Shown piece after piece: positions 25,733 to 36,960 of a DNA stretch of 64,000 nucleotides; positions within the stretch are counted from its first letter, which is position 1, and each line of letters starts with the position of its first letter. Location of the stretch: positions 65,162,001 through 65,226,000 of the forward strand of contig OZ241831.1 of assembly GCA_965202585.1 (NCBI GenBank). Direction: 5' to 3'. The position numbers and the translations under genes were made by a program. This stretch comes from Thalia democratica. Its lineage: Eukaryota. The notes beneath the pieces are model-generated. The model had not been told where the DNA came from, made no database searches, and saw nothing but the letters and a program-made list of their open reading frames with translations.

Positions 25733-26467
25733 ATGGATGATTCTGGTCAAAACAAAAGTATTATGGTTAAAAAAACTGTTTCTTGTGATGTTTGCCAGAA
25801 AACTTTCAAAACTAAATATTACCTGAAAATTCACAAAAAAATACATACTGGAGAAAAACCATACAAATGTGAAGTTTGCGGCAAAACATTTGTTATTAAA
25901 GGTAGGTTAACAAGACACATGTTGGTACATAGTGGTAAGAAAGAGTTTCAATGTCATGTTTGTTTGAAAGAATTCGCACATAATCATGTTTTAAAACAAC
26001 ACATGGTTACTCATACTAAAGAAAAAGCTTTCAAGTGTGATATATGTGACAAAAGTTTTACTAAAAAAAGTAACGTTAAAAGACATATTTTAATTCATAC
26101 TGGAATAAAAGAATATCAGTGTGAAGTTTGCGAGAAGAATTTTTCTCAAAAAAGTCATTTAGAACAACACATGTTGACTCATACTAAATCAAAAGATCAC
26201 GAATGTGATATTTGCAAGAAGAAGTTTACTCAGAAAAGTGATTTAGTCACACATTTTAGAAATCACTTGGGAGAAAAACCTGATGGATGTTCAGATTGTG
26301 GAAAATGGTTTACTAGTAGCTCTAATAGATGTAAGCATATACGTACTTGTCATAAAGAACTAAGTAAAGAGCAACAATCAAAACTAAAGTGTAAAATACA
26401 AAGAAGTATTGTTCATGACTATCTTACGACAATAGCTGAATACAATTCTAAGGACACGTGTCCTTAG
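25733..26467 (+). CDS. 7-finger C2H2 zinc-finger protein, class A, 244 aa
   Basis: Intact ORF, 7 fingers, conserved tail; finger 7 ends HIRTCH. Confidence 0.92.
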   Translation: MDDSGQNKSIMVKKTVSCDVCQKTFKTKYYLKIHKKIHTGEKPYKCEVCGKTFVIKGRLTRHMLVHSGKKEFQCHVCLKEFAHNHVLKQHMVTHTKEKAFKCDICDKSFTKKSNVKRHILIHTGIKEYQCEVCEKNFSQKSHLEQHMLTHTKSKDHECDICKKKFTQKSDLVTHFRNHLGEKPDGCSDCGKWFTSSSNRCKHIRTCHKELSKEQQSKLKCKIQRSIVHDYLTTIAEYNSKDTCP

Positions 26468-27544
26468 CAGTTAACTATTAATTTGAAGAAACTAAGTTTA
26501 CTTAAAGATTTTGAACAACATAATGTATAATGGTACACCGACTTATGAATTTAAAGTTTGGTATTTTTGTATATGAATGAGTTGTTTAAGTTTTAAAAAA
26601 CCTGTTTTGAAAGCTATATAAATAAGCCTTTTCATGATTTCACTTCTGTTTTTCATTTTTTTATAAATAAAAGTACGTAAGCTATGGAATTTCATTGTAA
26701 TATATTGTATATCAAAGTTATCTAAATTTGTAATTGTAGTTTAAATTGTTATTTATTTTGAATTTAAAGTTTAATTTGTTTAACATAACTTGAAAATTTG
26801 TGATTGATTTGATGGATGATAAATAATCTGAAATATATCAAAATAAAATAAGTACCTTTATTGAAATGAATAGTAATGTTAATCTTAATAATTAATCTAC
26901 TTCAATTTTAAATAAGGTTAATTATTTAATGTTGACTTTGTAAACTATCGTAGTTAAAAAAAATCAAGAACTTTAAACTAGTGATTTTTCATAACGTTTT
27001 ATCTTTTAAAAGCTTATTGGTCTATTTGAACTCAACATATAATTAATTGGTGGTTTAATGGTTTGACCATTTTTATCTACCCAAACAGTATTAACAAAGA
27101 TTTTATGTGGAAACTTTAATTTTTGCTCAAATTTTTTACCTACCTATATACATCAATTACGTCATGATGATATAAGCAATGTTTTACAAAACTTTTTAAT
27201 GCTTTTTCAAATTAGTTAAATATAACCCCAGCTAGTTTCTTAGTTTATCAGTTATAAATTTAATTCGAATTCCTTTGTTCTTGGTAATATGTAAGTCATT
27301 TAGTTTATTTATTCAGTTTAAGCTGATTGTACTTTTAAATTTGTAGTTTTATGTTTAATACCTAAGTTAAAGTTTTTAAATTATTTTGTATTCTAGTACA
27401 TACAAATATCATGATTAAGACTCAAAACTTTCTAAATATCATCAGTTACAATTTCTAATTAATTTGTTTTAAAAGTACATACACTTCATAAACATAGTAT
27501 AAAAATATTTACCTTTAACTCTTATAAGGTTTTGTTTATAAACT

Positions 27545-28080
27545 ATAGATAATAATGGATCATCTGGAAATTACTTAAGTGCTAAATGTATTAGTTGCGA
27601 TGTTTTCAAGAAAAGTTTTATACATAAATCACAGTTGGTCTCTTTACAGAAGATTTAATACGGGGGAAAGGCCATATAAATGTGAACATTGTGACAAAAG
27701 GTAGTTTTTCACAATGCTGGTACATACTGGAGTTTTAATACTATGTTTGTCATAATTTATATTCTTAAAAAGGCCAATTAAAACTAATTTATTTACCCAC
27801 AAACACTTTTAAATGTGATTTGTGTCATAACAGTTATTTTTAAAAGGCGATGTGATAAAATATATGTTAGTTCTTACTGTAAAGGAAGATTTTTAGTGTA
27901 AAGTTTGTAAAAGGAAATTTTATTGGAAAAGTAGTATGAACCTTCATATGTTAACTCATTTGAAATAAAAAGACCATGAATGTGGTATTTGCAAGAAGAA
28001 ATTTACTTAAAAAACAAGTTTAGTTAATCATTTTAGAATTCACTTAAGAGAAAAACCATATGCTTGTGCAAAATGTTGAG
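27545..28080 (+). pseudogene. C2H2 zinc-finger pseudogene, class B, 3'-truncated
   Basis: ATA in place of ATG, then DNNGSSGNYLSAKCISCDVF, homologous to the 3840 copy. Several stops and frameshifts. Homology ends in finger 7 (TGT GCA AAA TGT TGA) and the tail is absent. Confidence 0.85.
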
Positions 28081-29289
28081 TTTAAATGAAACTAGATATT
28101 GCAGTCAAAACTTAAACTCTAAAACAAAAAAACTCTATGGAAAATAAAACTAATTAAAACTTTCAATATTATTATATTAAACTTAAATACACATTTCTTA
28201 GGTATGCACTGCCAGTTAAGTGCGCGATATGTAGCCGAAAATCTCTGTGTTAAAAATGTTTTTTTTTCTGCTTAGAAATAAAAAAAACATATGGTAGTAA
28301 TGGAAAATTATCTTTTTTTTTATTATACTGTATTTAATTTAAATAAATTATAACTAAAAGAACCAGAAAAAATTGTGAAATTACATATTGAATATCAAAA
28401 TTAAAATCTGTTATTTAAAACAAAAATATTACAGACATCATTAACTTACTCTATAAAAAAACTAACTTTTTTATCAGGAAAAGTATTATAAAATAGTAAA
28501 AACTAGAAAAATAAAAATTATAAAGAGAATTTCAATTTCGAATTAGATGTTAGAATAGAAGGAGTTCTTACAAATTTATCTTTTAAATTTTAAACTCTTT
28601 ACATTTATATATCTATTTGTTAAATTTTTTTTTTAAGTAATTTAGTCTATAAAAATATTAATTTCACTAAAAAAGTGCTTAGACTTATACAATCACATTA
28701 AAGTATCTTTAAATTTTATTTAGATGTTTGCCTGATGGTGCAGGGATTCTAATAATGGTTTTGAAATCTCTTAGTTGAAAGTTTCAAAAAATCAAAAACC
28801 ACATTTGTGGCCAACAGCTTTACAAAAATAAAACAACTTAAATAAAAAGACTAAAATACCAATAAATGATAAAATAATAAATTGTCAGGTGATGTAATTG
28901 TCTAAAGATGATTTTGAAAACCTTCTGAATTGAACTTTTCAAGGTTTAAACCCAGTTGGTTCACAAAAAAAAAAACAAACAATACAAATGCTTAAGTACA
29001 AACAAAACACTATAGTGTTTTAAATTTAAACTGTTTTAAAAACTAAAATTTAATCTTTCAGTGTTACAAATAACAACGTTCTTTATTTAAAACTTATTAA
29101 ATAGCCAAAACAAAGTGAATAAACAACGTTTTCAATGGTATTCTAATAATCTGTTTTTCATTTTTGTTTTCTTTTTTTTCAGGGAGTTCACAGGAAACAG
29201 AAAGCCACTCAAAACACGCCCTTGCATTAAACCAAAAAATAATGTTATTAATATTTTTATTTTATTAGCGATTTCAGAATATCACTCTT

Positions 29290-30630
29290 TTATTGTATAA
29301 GTCTGTAAGCAAATATTCTCAAAACTAATATTTAAATCTTTAACGATTTCAACTGGATTAGTAAAAGAGTTTAAATTTATATCTAACTGGTGTGGGAATC
29401 GATTTTCTTGTATTTTCCAATTTCTTATATTATTTATTATTCTTCAAGTTTTAGATGTATTTTTTGAGAGATTTCAAGCGTTTTTTTATAATAAGCCAAT
29501 TTTGATATTGTTTTGGTTTTGGTATTTCTATATGTTTTGTATTCTAAAACTTTAAATGGATTATTAAAATTACTTTTGTAGATATTTGTATAACTTTTTT
29601 TTTTGTTTTATGGATATTTATATCGCTTTTGATGTTGAGCTTTAGATAAATTTGTATTTGGAACAGTTTTGGAAGTTATTTCTTTAATTTTTCCTACTAA
29701 GTTATAAAACTTTGTATTAATAGAATTTTCAGATTGATTTAAATTGCTAGTTTTATGTATGCTAATAATAAGTGAAGCATCTACTAAAAGTTTTTTTGTA
29801 TTGATTTTTGAAAAGTCTTGAAAGTATTTGTTTTTAATTTTCAAACAATTTCTTTTAGGTTGCAATTTTTAAGTTTTATAAAAGGGGGAAAGTAATCTGA
29901 TATATCTGAAAAGAATTTTTTAGAACTTATCTCATCTAATCTATACGAGTTGAATACTATTACAAAATTTTAGTTAGTATCTAAACTAAAAACATGTTAT
30001 ATGTTTATGCTTTTATATTGATGATGTAAAAAAGAGAACTTTTAAACTTTTTAGCACTGAATAACTTTTTTTAATGTTGAGCAATAAAAACGTCTATCAA
30101 TGAACTCCCAGAATAATTAATTTAAGTTGGAATTTTGATGATATTTGTAAGACCAAAGCAATTTATTAGATTCAAGTTTTTTTTTCACAGAATTTGCTTT
30201 ATTATTTAAATAGTTTATATTAGTTTCTCCAAATAGACAAATATCTTTATAGTTATTTATATTTTCTAAAAAGAAATCTAAGAATTTATATTAAATTCAG
30301 GAATCGAAGCTTTTGGATGACGGTAAACTAATCCTACTAAAATGTTTTTACTATTTTAGTTTAATTTCTACTGATATTTTTAAACATACAAATTCATAAC
30401 ACTTGTAAAACTTATAACCTTTCTGATTTAGTATACTATTGAGTCTTTTAGACACACACCCTAACTCCTCCTGAGTTTGAAATAAATTAACACAATAAAA
30501 ATTATAACTATATACTGATTAAAAGTTTGTGTTGGTCTTTTATTAATTTAAGTTTCACTGATGCCTATTATACCAGGTATAATTTTATATGAGGACATTA
30601 ATTATTCAAGCTAAGATTTATTATTACTTA
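29290..30630 (-). mobile_element. Decayed non-LTR retrotransposon (LINE) ORF2 fragment: APE endonuclease plus linker, CR1/L2-like
   Basis: Minus-strand conceptual translation gives the APE motifs in the correct order: IIGISET (~30560), NSGGV, ILVGLVYRHP (~30320), FGETNINYL, IKIPT*...SSLIDVF, ISDYFP (~29890). The linker follows as DFSKIN...KTVP, EYKTYRN, PVEIVKDLNISF. Many stops and frameshifts; no RT domain seen. Confidence 0.8.
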
Positions 30631-31146
30631 AATCAAAGTTAATTGTTACATATCATAACTAACACCCCAAATTCATTAAAAAAACTGTAAAACATTTAAT
30701 CTTAATCTTTGTTTAGCAACATTTTAATTTATAATAAAATAGGAGTATAAGCTGATCTAAATGTTCTTAAATTTTAATTAACTTTAAAGTTTGAATAACT
30801 TTTTGAGAAAAATATTTCAAGTCATACATAAATCTTGTAGTAATATAACTTTGACTTACTTTAATCTTTTTGAATATGGAAGTTTTAAAATGAAACAAAT
30901 AGTAATTTAATTTTCTGGCACAACATAGAAATAAATTCATATAAAAGTTGTAATTTATAATTACAGTTTTAATATATTAAGAAAAATACATTAAAGTTAA
31001 TTTAAAAAATGTTTTTAAAACATTTTCAAAAAATAAAAACGTTTCGATTGTTTATTGAACGATAAGAAAAAGCGCTTTAAAATATAGCAATCTCTGTTTT
31101 TTTTTACAGAATATTAAACTTAACTTTTAGAACTTGTGTTTAAACT

Positions 31147-31884
31147 ATGAGTGATTCTAGTCAAAACAAAAGTAACATGATAGTTGAAAGTGTTTCCTGT
31201 TATGTTTGCAAGAAAACTTTCATAACTAAATCCTACCTGAAAATTCACAAAAGAATTCATACAGGAGAAAAACCATACAAATGTGATGTTTGCGATAAAA
31301 GTTTTACTCAAAAAAGTAATTTAAAAAGACACATGTTGGTACATAGTAAAAAGAAAAAGTTTCAATGTCATGTTTGTCATAAAAATTTTGCACGAAAAGC
31401 TCACGTAAAAGAACACATGATTACTCACACTAAAGATAAATATTTTAAGTGTGATATATGTGACAAAAGTTTTACTAAAAAAAGTAGCGTTAAAAGACAT
31501 ACTTTAATTCATACTGGAATAAAAGAACATCAGTGTGAAGTTTGCAAGAAGAAGTTTTCTCGAAAATGTAATTTGAATCAACATACGTTGACTCATACTA
31601 AATTAAAAGATCACGAATGTGATATTTGCAAGAAGACGTTTACTCAGAAAGGAAGTTTAGTTAATCACTTCAGAATTCACTTAGGAGAGAAACCTTACGG
31701 CTGTGCAAAATGTGGAAAATGGTTTACTGCTAGTTCTGATCGATGTCTGCATATACGTACTTGTCATAAGGAACTAAGTAAAGAACAACAATCTAAATTA
31801 AAATGCAAAATACAAAAAAGTATTGTTCATGACTATCTTAAAACAATATCTGATTATAATTCTAAATATTCTGATTTTCGGTAA
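31147..31884 (+). CDS. 7-finger C2H2 zinc-finger protein, class A, 245 aa
   Basis: Intact ORF, 7 fingers, conserved tail; finger 7 ends HIRTCH. Confidence 0.92.
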   Translation: MSDSSQNKSNMIVESVSCYVCKKTFITKSYLKIHKRIHTGEKPYKCDVCDKSFTQKSNLKRHMLVHSKKKKFQCHVCHKNFARKAHVKEHMITHTKDKYFKCDICDKSFTKKSSVKRHTLIHTGIKEHQCEVCKKKFSRKCNLNQHTLTHTKLKDHECDICKKTFTQKGSLVNHFRIHLGEKPYGCAKCGKWFTASSDRCLHIRTCHKELSKEQQSKLKCKIQKSIVHDYLKTISDYNSKYSDFR

Positions 31885-34800
31885 ATTGTTTTTTATTTAA
31901 CGAAATAAGGATAGACAAACTCAGGAACTCTTAGTATTAAGTATAATTTTCTTAGAAAATTTACATAGATGATTTAATTTACGATGTTCTAGTTTGATTT
32001 ATTACTTTATATGTTTGATGTTCTTCATAAAGTATTAAAATAGTCAAAATATTTAAAAGTATAAAATTTTTAAACTAAAATATGGTTTATAATTTTTTCT
32101 CGATTAATTCGATTTAGGTACGTAAACTAAAGAAATGGTATTTGTATAACATAATTATGTATAAAGTCTTTATATACTGTTTAAACTTTGCACAATTTTT
32201 GTGTTTGATATTTTATTAAATTCTATTTTGTTTTAAAATATTAAGATGCCGTTTGCTATTTAAGAACAATAAAATTATTTATCTTATTAATTTTTTTTTT
32301 TTCAGAGAATTAAATAGTTTCAAAGACTATAATAGAGTCTGGAGCTTTATAATTCGAAAGCATTTTATAGAAAAAATTGTTTACCACGAAGCACTATTTA
32401 TATAAAGACAGTGTAAATAAATTAATAACAATTATAACAAAAATTGTGATATATGAGACTTATAAACTTTATGTATAATTTGTTTTTAGTTATCTGGAGT
32501 AACTTTACTCTAAACTACTTGATCATATTTTGATCGATTAAAACAATTTTAGTTTTTAAAACTCTTGACTTAACAACTTGTTATAAGTTTGAGAAAGTGA
32601 AAAACAAAACATCAACTCAATATGTTATGCAATACACAACTAAAAAATTGTTATTTAATTGTTGTTTGCTTTAAAAATCAAGCTAAAATTAAAATATATT
32701 AATTTAAAAAGCTTTTGTACTTAATAAAACCGTTTTTCCAAACAGCTTTAATAATTTAGATTACTTTTAAACTAAGCTGTATTTTTCAAAGTTCGTTGGT
32801 TTCTATATTTAATTCCGAACATAAACTGTTAGAATTAAGTTAATGTTATAAATATGCATGTCTAATTTAATACAATTGACTTTATTAATAGTTTGGTTAA
32901 TGTTTTAGAAATTGATTGTGATGTGTTATAAACAGTTTAAAAACACTTATAAAATCAACTTAGAAATCTTTTAAACGTTTATAAACTTTGTAGCAAAATA
33001 TTGTTTACTTAAGTGCAGTCATTTTTCTTTTGTTTTTTTTCTAAAAATAGTATTTAGTACTAATAACTAATCAACGAATTTTTATACAATATAATTTATA
33101 GCAGTAAGGTAATTTTTATAATTAAACAAAAAAATTATTTTAAAATAATAAAATGATCTAGAAAAAAATTAAAAAAGAACTATTTAATACTGATTTCGAA
33201 ACAAATATAATTCTCAGAAATCTTCATTGTACGTTTATTTCGTTAAGACTTTTATTTTGTTCTCAAAAACACGTGATATGTCTGCAATATATGGTAGTTT
33301 CAAAACTATCGTGAACTTCTCAGGTCTGTATACCTTAGTCTTGCTTAGGTTATAGCCATGTATTGATTATCGAACTTAAAATATTTATTGTAAAAATCAT
33401 TAGCTTAAAAATTAATACTGACATATTAAATTTTAAACCTAAAATAGCATGAAATGATTTAGTTAAAAACCCAATTTATAGTAAATGTTAAAATATAACA
33501 TGTTTTAAAAATTTTTTAAAACTTGTTTTTTTTAATTTTGTTATTAGTAGCGAACTGACTTTGGTCAGTCTTTGTAAAATAAAAAAAATCAAAGCCGCAA
33601 AGATTAAAAACAATAAATGTTTAATAGAATATGATATACTAAAAGATGTGCTAGAATCTGTTTAAATAGAACTAAATTTTTAATTATCAAAATGTAATGT
33701 TTGTTATAAATGAAGTCATTATTCTTTAAATTCAAAAAAATTAACAACGATTTTAACTAAATAGTTACAATTAAATCAACAATAGTCATAGATAAAGATC
33801 AAAAGTATAGATTACTTGAAAGTTTCGTATTAGAAACACTCCATTAAAACAAAATTAAAAATTTAGTCAATTTCTCAGAAGTTAATTTAATAAAATATCT
33901 GAATTAACATCGTTTTCGTCGAATTCATTTTCTTTGCATTTTCAGGGGTCGCCTAAAAACGCCTGGTCTGTTATAAAAACGTATTTTTTTCTCAACAATC
34001 AATTTTCTGCAAATATAATACTAGGTTTTTAACGTTCTGTTTAAACAGCTTGTTGCTTTGCTTTTAGCCAAAATACTTAAAAAAGTCAACCTTAGATTAA
34101 TCTACTCTAGATAAATAATAATCAAAACAAGTTTATACATAATGTTCTAAAATTATAAAACAACATTGTTAATGAAACAATAAAATACTTAATAAATTCC
34201 CTAACTAGAATAATAGTAAAACAAGTTTCTGTCTATCTTATTTTTAAATTAATAAATTTTTTTAACATTTATTGTACAAGTTAATGACTAAAACACATGA
34301 AGGTTACTATTTACTAGTTTGTAGGAGTTTTAAAATAATTCGGTTACCTTTAGTTGTTTGATGATATACAGAAATTTTTCAGCTTTAATTTGAACAACTA
34401 TTATTTTGAGAATAATTTTGTAGCAAAATTTTTCAAGTTATTGACTAAAGCATAATGTTTATTTAACTATATTAAGCGTGTGTTTTACTATATCCTAGCT
34501 GATCTTAACATTCTTCAATGTCTTGACTGAACGACAACAATCCTTCAAAGTAAAAAAAAAGACTTTTGGTTGTTTTTTGATGTAGAAAATAAAAATTAGT
34601 TTACTTTCTAAGCTTTTTGGTAGTTTCATTTGCATTTTATTTTTAATAAGTATAAAAATTGACATCAATTAAGAATTGATTTCTGTCTGGTTTATTATCT
34701 TGTATCTTAAAATAACTTTACAAATTACAGTTTGCCATTGTCAAATACAAAAAATAAATAAATTAGAATTAAACTAGTATTTGACACCTAAGATATTTAT

Positions 34801-35763
34801 CCAGATTAAAAAAAATATTTTTATTGTTTACTTTAATCTTTTATAACGTAAAATTTTTAAATATATGTACAGTAATAAAACTATTGAATGTAAAATAACC
34901 AAGTAATAATTTTTTTTAGAACTAAAGTATGAATGTTAATGATAAACTGTTTTAATTTTAAATTTTAATTGTTTAAATCTTGAAAAATAAAACGTTTGAA
35001 GTAAGTTTGAGATTTATATATTTTTCTCAGCAACCAGATATTCATTTTGAAACTTAAATGTATAACAACGCTCAGAAATGTAATTTTTATAATAATAATT
35101 ACATCTGTAATAAAATTTAATGTACAAAACTTTTGTTGTAAATTATTGTTTATTTTAATTTTTTTAATTTTTATATTAATTTTGACCAAGTCAAAATAAT
35201 TGCAACTATTATTCTACATGTAACCTAATAAACAGTGTTAAAAATAAATTGTTACTAAAAACCAGTCTTGAAACGTTTTAAAATAAGTTGTTATTTAGAA
35301 AAAAATTCATTTTATACTATCTAATAAAAAACTACACTGTTTTTAGCTTTAGTTCATGAAATATAATAAACTTAGACGAAAATTTTATAACTAATTAACT
35401 AAACTGAAAATTAAGTTAAGTTTGACCAACTCATGTTATTTTAATCAACATGTAATCTAATTAGTAAAATTTTAACAACTATGTTTTACTGAAAACCAGT
35501 ATTAATACATGGTTAAATAAGTTATTTATATAAAAGCAGATAAAATTTTCATTTAGCACCATCTTATAAAAGAAATACACTGTTTTAGCTTTATGAAGTA
35601 TAACAGTTTTTAATATATTTTTTTAAGTTTGTTTGTTTATTAATAGTTTTCATTGATTAAGAGTTAATAAACAATTAATTATTTGTCAATACTAATTAAG
35701 TGCATAATTATCTGCTGTTTTACACACTATTAAACACAACTTTTAGCACTAAAGTTTAATACT

Positions 35764-36489
35764 ATGGGTGATTCTGGTCATAACAAAAGTATGTATGTCA
35801 AAAGTGTTTCTTGTGATGTTTGCGAGAAGACTTTTAAAAATAAATTATACCTGAAATATCACAAAAGAATACATACAGGAGAAAAACCATACAAATGTGA
35901 TATTTGTGACAAAAGATTTATAATTAAAGACAGCTTAACAAGACACATGCTGGTACATAGTGGTAAGAAAGAGTTTCAATGTTATGTGTGTCATAAGAAC
36001 TTTGCTCAAAATTATAACTTAAAACTACATTACGTTACACATACCAAAGATAAACTTTTCAAATGTGATATATGTGACAAAAGTTTTGCTCGAAAAAGTC
36101 ATGTAAAAGCACATATGTTAGTTCACACTAAAATAAAAGAACATCACTGCAAAGTTTGTGAGAAGAAGTTTTCTCAGAAAAGTATTTTGAAACGTCATAT
36201 GTTGACTCACACCAAAGTGAAAGCCCACGAATGCGATATTTGCAAGAAAAAAATCAGTCAGAAAAGTGATTTAGTCAGACATTTTAGAATTAACTCTGGA
36301 GAAAAACCTTATGGATGTGCAGAATGTGGAAAATGGTTTACTCATCCTTCTGGTCGAAATAAGCATATACGTTTTCATCATAAGGAATTAAGTAAAGAAA
36401 AACAATCAGAACTGAAGTGTAAAATACAAAGAAGTAATGTTCATGACTATCTTAAGTCAATATCTGAATACAATTCTAAATATAATTAA
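35764..36489 (+). CDS. 7-finger C2H2 zinc-finger protein, class A, 241 aa (finger 6 last His to Asn)
   Basis: Intact ORF; finger 6 ends HFRINSGEKP where paralogs have HFRIHLGEKP; conserved tail. Confidence 0.88.
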   Translation: MGDSGHNKSMYVKSVSCDVCEKTFKNKLYLKYHKRIHTGEKPYKCDICDKRFIIKDSLTRHMLVHSGKKEFQCYVCHKNFAQNYNLKLHYVTHTKDKLFKCDICDKSFARKSHVKAHMLVHTKIKEHHCKVCEKKFSQKSILKRHMLTHTKVKAHECDICKKKISQKSDLVRHFRINSGEKPYGCAECGKWFTHPSGRNKHIRFHHKELSKEKQSELKCKIQRSNVHDYLKSISEYNSKYN

Positions 36490-36842
36490 TTGTTCCTAGC
36501 AGCTAGTTTGCGGTTTATAAAATCTTTAAATACAGTTAACAGTGTACTGTTTTGTATATTACTGTTTACAGATTTGTATCAGCATACAGTGCACTAGCTT
36601 TGTTTTTTTTAAAGTGTTTAATGAACTAGTTGTATTTTAAAAATTCTATGTAAAAATATAAAAACTTTCAAATTATGTTATATAAACTTTTTTGTTAAAC
36701 AGAAGTACTTAAATTTACAAAGCTATGAAGTTTCCTATTTAGAAAATTTTTATATATTGTGTTTTTTTTGGTCGTGTAGTTTGTTTCTTTTAAAGTTAAT
36801 AATATTATTTTGTAAATTATGATATTTTTTTTGGTGTTATTT

Positions 36843-36960
36843 ATACGAACTCATCATAAGGAGTTAATAAAAAACAGCAATAGAAAGTGCAAAATTGAAA
36901 AAACAATTCTTTATGACTATTTTAAAACAATATTTGAACAAAATCTAAAGATCTTTATTG
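36843..36960 (+). pseudogene. Tail-only remnant of a zinc-finger gene
   Basis: Reads IRTHHKELIKNSNRKCKIEKTILYDYFKTIFEQN, a decayed version of the family tail. It is followed by the family's typical 3' flank (gagtgatgtataaatgagtatcaaaa ~37017). No fingers lie upstream. Confidence 0.75.
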
